32,111 nucleotides of DNA from Gemmatimonadota bacterium (lineage in GTDB: Bacteria; Gemmatimonadota; Gemmatimonadetes; Gemmatimonadales; Gemmatimonadaceae), in the NCBI GenBank assembly GCA_031398865.1, contig JANNOC010000372.1:1-32111 (forward strand), read 5' to 3'. The notes beneath the pieces are model-generated. The model was not told the DNA's origin and did not search any database. It saw only the letters and a list, made by a program, of their open reading frames with translations. Each line of letters begins with the position of its first letter. The first letter of the stretch is position 1. This document shows, piece by piece, positions 26,564 to 32,111 of the stretch. A program made the position numbers and the translations under genes.

Positions 26564-28516
26564 ATGACTCCACTGCCCATTCGACGGCCCCGTGCCCGCC
26601 GCGCCTTCAAGGCCGCGGCGGCGTTCATTTCCATCGGCGCGGCGCTCACGTCCATTGTGAATTTCGCCCGCAGCTCCGAGACCGCGGGGTCGCTCGTACG
26701 CGATGGCGCTGTCGCGTGGATCAAGGTCACGCCGCGGCTCGATACGGCGGTCGCCATCGGCGATACGATGCGATTCGCCGCCACTGTGGCGGATCAGAAC
26801 GGCGCGCTGATTCCTGGTGCCCTGCTCACATGGAGCACGGACGATCCGGCGGTCGCATCGGTGGACCGGCATGGCGAAGTGGTGGCGCGCGGCGCGGGCG
26901 TCACCGGGGTGAGTGCCGCGGTGGGTGGCCACGTCGCGCGCTCGCGCGTCGTCGTACGCCAGGCGGTCGCGCATGTGGAGCGCGTGTCGGACGAGGTCGT
27001 TCGCGTGGGGGAAGGGGAACGCCAGCGACTGGAAGTGCGCGCGACCGATGCGCGTGGCTACGTGATCGCCGGCCGGCCAATGGACGCACGCGCGTCCGAT
27101 AGCTCCGTTGCCACGGTGGATTCGCTGGGCATCGTCAGTGGCCAGGCGGCGGGCCGCGCCGCGGTGACGCTGGCCATCGACGGCCTGATGGTCGAGTGGC
27201 CGGTCGAGGTGGTCGCCCGCCCGGCCGTGGTGTCGAGGGTGGGAGACACCGAATTGCGCGCGCCCGCCGGTCGTCCGCTTCCGCGTCCCGTCGTCATTCG
27301 CGTGACGTCGCGACGGGGCCGCCCCGCCGCCGGCGTGCTGGTTCGCTTCCTCGCGGAAGAGGGGCACGGCCAGGTGGACCGCGACACCGCTCGCACCGAC
27401 GGCGCAGGCACCGCCGCGGCGCACTGGATTCTTGGCGTGGCACCCGGCCGGCAGCATCTCACCGTGACAGTCGAGAATCTGGATAGTGCCCTGGTGCTGG
27501 TCGCGGACGCCGAGCCTAACGCTGGGAACGTCCGATACGTGTCGCTAGGGAGTGACCGAAGCGGTCGCGCGGGACAGCCATTGCCGCAGCCGGTGACGGT
27601 GCGTCTCACGGACTCCCTTGGGCGCGCCCTCGCGGACGTTCCCGTCTCCTGGAGCGCAGAGGCCGGGACCGTGTCGCCGCTCGCCGCTCGCACCGATACG
27701 CTCGGTGAGATTCGCGCGCGCTGGACACTCGGGAGCAGAAGCGGACGGCAGCGTCTTCGCGTGCAGGCCGGCCGCGCCAGTGCGATCGCGCCGTTCCATG
27801 TCTCGGCAGACGCCGCCGCCGGCGCGCCGGCGTCAGCGGCCATCGTGAGCGGGATGTCGCAGACCGGCCGTGTCGGCGCGCCGCTCCCCGCTCGCATCCG
27901 CGTTCGGGTGCGCGACGCCGAAGGAAATCCGGTGGCGGGAGCGCGCATCAGGACGAAGGCGGCGTCGGCAGCCGGGCGCGTGTCCGACACCTTGCTCGTC
28001 ACCGATTCTACTGGTGGGACAAGCCTCGGCTGGACGTTGGGGAGCGCGGCGGGACAGCAGCAGCTGGTGCTACGCCCCGAGGGCATCGCGAAAGGACTCG
28101 TCGTGACGGCCACCGGTCGGCCGCTGGCCGCTGCGAACATCGAGGTGACGCAACCGTCGGTGGCGGCGACCGCGGGGCGCGCGCTGTCCGAGCCCGTTCG
28201 CGTGCGCGTGACGGATGCGTACGGCAACGCCGTTTCTGACGCGCCGGTGCTGTTCGCGCCGCGCAGCGGCACCGCGACGCCTCGGCAGGTGATGACCGAT
28301 GCCAAGGGACGCGCCGCGGCGCGCTGGACGATGGGGCGAGAGGTGCGCGCACAAACGCTCGTGCTGACCGTGCCACGCACGAATGCGCGCGCTGAAGTGA
28401 CGGTGGATGTGCGAGCGGCTCCGGCGCGTGTGGCCGCACCGCCCGCGCGCGCGAAGCCCAAGCCCGCGAAACCCAAGTCCGCGAAGTCCAGCCAGGCGAA
28501 GCGAAAGACGGGCTGA
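26564..28516 (+). CDS. Membrane-anchored protein with multiple Ig-like domains (2 Big_2-like plus 4 invasin/Big_1-like) and a Lys/Pro-rich tail
   Basis: N-terminal anchor RRPRARRAFKAAAAFISIGAALTSIV. The Big_2-like domains contain FAATVADQNGALIPGALLTWSTDDPAVASVD and LEVRATDARGYVI...ASDSSVATVD. Four further repeats follow. I prefer ATG 26564 over the track TTG 26558. Confidence 0.8.
   Translation: MTPLPIRRPRARRAFKAAAAFISIGAALTSIVNFARSSETAGSLVRDGAVAWIKVTPRLDTAVAIGDTMRFAATVADQNGALIPGALLTWSTDDPAVASVDRHGEVVARGAGVTGVSAAVGGHVARSRVVVRQAVAHVERVSDEVVRVGEGERQRLEVRATDARGYVIAGRPMDARASDSSVATVDSLGIVSGQAAGRAAVTLAIDGLMVEWPVEVVARPAVVSRVGDTELRAPAGRPLPRPVVIRVTSRRGRPAAGVLVRFLAEEGHGQVDRDTARTDGAGTAAAHWILGVAPGRQHLTVTVENLDSALVLVADAEPNAGNVRYVSLGSDRSGRAGQPLPQPVTVRLTDSLGRALADVPVSWSAEAGTVSPLAARTDTLGEIRARWTLGSRSGRQRLRVQAGRASAIAPFHVSADAAAGAPASAAIVSGMSQTGRVGAPLPARIRVRVRDAEGNPVAGARIRTKAASAAGRVSDTLLVTDSTGGTSLGWTLGSAAGQQQLVLRPEGIAKGLVVTATGRPLAAANIEVTQPSVAATAGRALSEPVRVRVTDAYGNAVSDAPVLFAPRSGTATPRQVMTDAKGRAAARWTMGREVRAQTLVLTVPRTNARAEVTVDVRAAPARVAAPPARAKPKPAKPKSAKSSQAKRKTG
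27215..28417 (+). repeat. Four tandem divergent repeats of about 100 aa encoding Ig-like domains
   Basis: The pattern G..LP.PV.VRVTD..G.P..G..V......G.V......TD..G.A...WTLG...G.Q.L recurs four times, roughly at aa 220-320, 321-420, 421-522 and 523-620 of the track ORF. Confidence 0.7.
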
Positions 28517-28546
28517 CGTTCTGCTTCGGCCGACATCGTTTCTCCC

Positions 28547-29011
28547 GTGAGCCTGACACTCTGGATCGACGCCGACGCTGCGCCGCGGGATGTGAAGGAC
28601 ATCTGCATCCGCGCGTCGGAGCGTCTTGCGCTTGCGACCGTGCTCGTCGCCAACCAGCGCATTCAACTCCCGCCCGGGTACCCGCACCTGACGGCCGTAC
28701 GCGTCGAGGGCGGGCCGGATGTTGCCGACCGATACATCGCGGAGCATGCCGTGGCAGGTGATGTGGCCGTCACCGCGGACATCCCGCTGGCCGCGCTCCT
28801 GGTGCCCAATGGAGTGGTGGTCCTCGACCCTCGGGGCGAAGAGTACACGACAGAGAGCATCGGGGAGCGCCTCTCGGTGCGAAATTTCATGGACGGGCTT
28901 CGGGGTTCGGGTGTTGAGACGGGGGGAAACGCTCCGTACGGATCGCGCGAAAAGCAGGCATTCGCGAACGCGCTCGACCGCGCGCTGACTCGCGCGGGAC
29001 GCCAGCGCTGA
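28547..29011 (+). CDS. yaiI: UPF0178/DUF188 protein (YaiI/YqxD family)
   Basis: LWIDADAAP, VLVAN, VAGDVAVTADIPLAA, and the C-terminal GG..PYG...KQAFANALDR typical of the family. GTG start at 28547. Confidence 0.8.
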   Translation: MSLTLWIDADAAPRDVKDICIRASERLALATVLVANQRIQLPPGYPHLTAVRVEGGPDVADRYIAEHAVAGDVAVTADIPLAALLVPNGVVVLDPRGEEYTTESIGERLSVRNFMDGLRGSGVETGGNAPYGSREKQAFANALDRALTRAGRQR

Positions 29012-29077
29012 CGTCGGTCGGCCTAACGGGCTGCGTTCGAGCGTGCCCTTTGCCGCTCAGGAATCCTCCGTATCCCC

Positions 29078-32000
29078 TCAATGGAAGTCGCGACTGCGCG
29101 CGTGCTCGGCGCCGACACGCGCGTCCAGCGCCAGAAAGCGTTCCCCGCGCAGGTTCACGACGTTGCTCTCCACCTGCAGCGTCCCGCGCACGAGGAGGAG
29201 GGGTGTCGTCGAGATCAGCAGCGCCTGCCGCTCGAAGCGTTGTGGGGTGATGACGACGTTCACCATGCCGGTCTCGTCCTCGAGCGTGAGAAAGACGAAG
29301 CCCTTCGCGGTGCCGGGTCGCTGGCGGCAGATGACGAGCCCGGCGACCGCCACGTGCTCGCGGTCACGCCGGCGGTGCACCTCGCGTGCTGAGAGAATAT
29401 CGTTAGGCGTCAGCAGGGGACGGAGGTGGCGCATCGGGTGCCCCGTGAGGGAGACGCCCGTGAGGCGGTAGTCCGCTTCGGTGATCTCGAAGGGAGCCAT
29501 GGCCGGGAGCGGGGCGGGGCGTTGGATGCGCGCGGATGGCGCGAGCGGTCCGGCGTCGCCCCGGAGAGCCTCGAGCACTCCCCACAGGGCCGCGCGGCGG
29601 CGCCGCTCCGGTGGCTCGTCCGGGAACATGGCGTCGAAGGCACCCGCTTCCGCGAGGAAGCGCAGCGATCGGCGATCGAGGCCGGTGCGATGCACGACGT
29701 CGGGGAGGGAGGCAAAGGGTCCGTCGCGGAGTGCGGACTCGAGCTTGTCGCGCGCCTTGGCGCCGAGGCCGCGGACGGAGCGGAGGCCGAGTCGGACGGC
29801 GGGGGCCCCCCGCGCCCCGCCGTCTCGTTCCAGCGTCGCATCCCACAACGAACGCGTGAGGTCTACCGGCCTGACGACGACGCCGTGCCGCCGCGCGTCC
29901 TCGACGAGCGTTCCCGGCGCATAGAATCCCATCGGTTGCGCGTTCAGGATCGCCGCCGTGAACTCCGGCGCGTAGTAGTGCTTGAGGTACGCCGACGCAT
30001 ACACCAGCAGCGCGAAGCTCGCCGCGTGCGATTCGGGGAACCCATAGTCCGCGAACGCATTGATCTGCTGGAAGATTCGCCGCGCCGTCTCTTCGGCGAT
30101 CCCGTTCCGCCGCATCCCCTGCACCAGCTTCTCGCAGATCTCCGCCATCCGCTCGCGCGACCGCTTGTGCCCCATCGCGCGGCGCAGGTTGTCCGCCTCT
30201 CCCGGCGTGAAGCCCGCGCACGCAATCGCGACCTGCATGCCCTGCTCCTGAAAGAGCGGAACGCCTAACGTGCGCTTGAGAATCGGCTCCAGCGCGGGGT
30301 GCGGATACGTCACCGGCTCTTCCCCCGCCCGGCGCCGGAGATACGGATGTACCATGTCGCCCTGGATCGGCCCGGGGCGGATGAGCGCGACCTCGACCAC
30401 CAGGTCGTAGAAGCAGCGAGGCTTGAGCCGCGGCAGTGTGTTCATCTGCGCGCGGCTCTCGACCTGGAAGACACCGATTGTGTCCGCGCGGCAGAGATCG
30501 TCGTACACGGCCTGATCCGTCATCTCCAGCTGTGCGAGGTCGATCGTGACGCCACGGGTATGTCGGATGTAGACCAGACAGTCCTGCAACAGCGTGAGGA
30601 TGCCGAGTCCCAGCAGGTCAATCTTCACGAGTCCCACCGGCTCCAGATCATCCTTCTCCCACTGGATGACGGTGCGCTCCGCCATGGACGCCGGCTCGAT
30701 GGGGACGATGGTGGAGAGCGGCTCCGCCGTGAGGACGAAGCCACCGACGTGAATCGAGCGGTGCCGCGGAATCTGGTGCAGACCGTCCACGACGTCGGCG
30801 AGCGCGCGCACGCGACGATCCGCGGGATCGAGACCGGCGCGGGCGAGGAGGGCGTGGTCCTCCACGGGGCGGAGCGCCGTGATGGGGTTGCGGCGTTCCA
30901 CGTGATCGTTGCTCGCGTCCGGGTCGAGCCACCCCGTGCGCGCACCGGAGCTCTGCGCGCTGGGACTGCCATACGGCTCATACGCGGCGCTGGGATGCGG
31001 CCGGTCGGCACTCGTCAGGCGGCGGCCGGCGGGGGTGACCGCGGTGCCGACGCGCAGTGCCGCCGCTGTCGCGCGCGCCGAGAAGCGGTCGCTCAGCGTC
31101 GAGAGCGCATCGGCCTGCTCCACGGAAAAGCCCAGGACGCGCGCCGCATCGCGGACCGCGGACCGGCCGCGATAGGTGATCTGCTCGCACACCATCGCGG
31201 CGTGCTCTCGCCCGTAGCGCTCGTAGACGTACTGCAACACCCGCTCGCGCTCACGGTGGGAAAAATCCAGGTCGATGTCCGGTGCTTCCTGCCGCTCCTC
31301 GCTCAGAAACCGTTCGAAGAGCAGCTCCATGCGAATCGGATCGATCGCGGTGATCCCCAGGCAGTAGCACACGGCGGAGTTGGCCGCGGAGCCGCGTCCC
31401 TGGCAGAGAATCCCTTCGCGGCGCGCGAAGCGCACGATGTCCCACACGATGAGGAAATATCCCGCCAGCCCGAGGCGCTCGATGATGGCCAGCTCGTGCG
31501 CGATCTGTCGTTCGTGCCGCTCGTCACGCGCGCTTCCGTTCTCAGCCGCTCCCCAGCGTTCCCCCGCGCCCTGCTCCACGAGTCGCGCGAGGTACTCGTC
31601 CGCCGTCACGCCGGGCGGGAGGGGAAACGCCGGGAGCGTCGGGTGCAGCTGCTCGAGCCGGAACGCGCACCGCTCCGCGATCGACAGCGTCGCGCGGATT
31701 CCTGCGTCGTCGTGCTGCCAGCGCCGGCGCATCGCCGCGGCGCTCTTGAGATACCATTCGCCGCTCGGGCGCAGACGCGTCCCCATCTCGTCGAGCGTGC
31801 GCTCGTGCCGCAGGGAGCAGAGCACATCGTGCACGATCCGGCCGCCGGCCGCGGCGTAGTGCACGTCGTTGGTGACCACCCAGGGAATATCCAGCGCGCG
31901 CGCGAGCGGAATCAGCTCGCGGACGATGACGCGCTCCTCCGGGAGTTGGTGGTCCCAGCACTCGTTGGCGACGCGGCGGTCGAAAATGTCGCGCAGCGTC

Positions 32001-32111
32001 GCCACCGCTTCGCATGCGCCGTCCGGATCGCCCGCCGCCACCAGCGACGGCACCCACCCGCGCGGACACCCCGTCAGCGCGAAGAGCCCTCGGGCGTGCG
32101 CCGCGAGCAGG
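29078..32111 (-). CDS. dnaE2: Error-prone DNA polymerase III alpha subunit DnaE2 (ImuC), with its 5' end beyond the right edge
   Basis: PHP, polymerase core, HhH and C-terminal OB regions are present (VICRQRPGTAKGFVFLTLEDETGMVNVVITPQRFE). The frame stays open from the track start at 32053 to 32111, reading LLAAHARGLFALTGCPRGWV. The gene is therefore partial. Confidence 0.9.
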   Translation of the reverse strand, partial: LLAAHARGLFALTGCPRGWVPSLVAAGDPDGACEAVATLRDIFDRRVANECWDHQLPEERVIVRELIPLARALDIPWVVTNDVHYAAAGGRIVHDVLCSLRHERTLDEMGTRLRPSGEWYLKSAAAMRRRWQHDDAGIRATLSIAERCAFRLEQLHPTLPAFPLPPGVTADEYLARLVEQGAGERWGAAENGSARDERHERQIAHELAIIERLGLAGYFLIVWDIVRFARREGILCQGRGSAANSAVCYCLGITAIDPIRMELLFERFLSEERQEAPDIDLDFSHRERERVLQYVYERYGREHAAMVCEQITYRGRSAVRDAARVLGFSVEQADALSTLSDRFSARATAAALRVGTAVTPAGRRLTSADRPHPSAAYEPYGSPSAQSSGARTGWLDPDASNDHVERRNPITALRPVEDHALLARAGLDPADRRVRALADVVDGLHQIPRHRSIHVGGFVLTAEPLSTIVPIEPASMAERTVIQWEKDDLEPVGLVKIDLLGLGILTLLQDCLVYIRHTRGVTIDLAQLEMTDQAVYDDLCRADTIGVFQVESRAQMNTLPRLKPRCFYDLVVEVALIRPGPIQGDMVHPYLRRRAGEEPVTYPHPALEPILKRTLGVPLFQEQGMQVAIACAGFTPGEADNLRRAMGHKRSRERMAEICEKLVQGMRRNGIAEETARRIFQQINAFADYGFPESHAASFALLVYASAYLKHYYAPEFTAAILNAQPMGFYAPGTLVEDARRHGVVVRPVDLTRSLWDATLERDGGARGAPAVRLGLRSVRGLGAKARDKLESALRDGPFASLPDVVHRTGLDRRSLRFLAEAGAFDAMFPDEPPERRRRAALWGVLEALRGDAGPLAPSARIQRPAPLPAMAPFEITEADYRLTGVSLTGHPMRHLRPLLTPNDILSAREVHRRRDREHVAVAGLVICRQRPGTAKGFVFLTLEDETGMVNVVITPQRFERQALLISTTPLLLVRGTLQVESNVVNLRGERFLALDARVGAEHARSRDFH

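Noticed and set aside
26390-27457. A 356-codon upstream extension of the TPR kinase ORF. Similar extensions start at 2781, 5090, 12701, 15765, 17853, 20827, 21638 and 24731.
   Set aside because: The extensions overlap neighbouring genes or promoter regions and have non-protein-like composition. The conserved domains begin right after the internal starts I chose.

Overview
This is a high-GC (about 68%), densely coded chromosomal window. Its gene content suggests Gemmatimonadota or Acidobacteriota, but that is inference only. I support 24 protein genes. I found no rRNA, tRNA, CRISPR array, IS element or prophage. Gene order from left to right: a SusC/RagA TonB-dependent receptor broken by an in-frame TAA; a DEAD-box helicase; a lone GspH/FimT-like pseudopilin; a small lipoprotein; a SelW/Rdx-type selenoprotein that the ORF track splits at its UGA codon; pfkA; a DUF1624 membrane protein; a DUF72 protein; a secreted Cys-motif protein with DxDxDG motifs; a DEAH/RHA helicase followed by a soluble GAF-PAS-GAF histidine kinase; a CGNR-GNAT pair; a Ser/Thr kinase, LD-carboxypeptidase and SthA operon joined by overlapping stop and start codons; ispH; a mutarotase-like protein; a second Ser/Thr kinase (TolB-like plus TPR) overlapping a polytopic membrane protein; a divergent membrane-anchored protein with multiple Ig-like domains; yaiI; and a dnaE2 gene truncated by the right edge. 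The best-supported non-obvious signals are the recoded selenoprotein gene with a hairpin right after the UGA, the nonsense codon in the SusC gene, the two kinase-led overlapping operons, and unusual repeat or palindrome structure in three divergent intergenic regions. I do not see a recognisable defence or mobile system. The kinase / membrane protein / Ig-like protein neighbourhood is the best candidate for an undescribed functional module, but that is inference. Many long ORFs in the track are antisense shadows of real genes or upstream extensions of them, as expected at this GC content, and I trimmed or rejected them.
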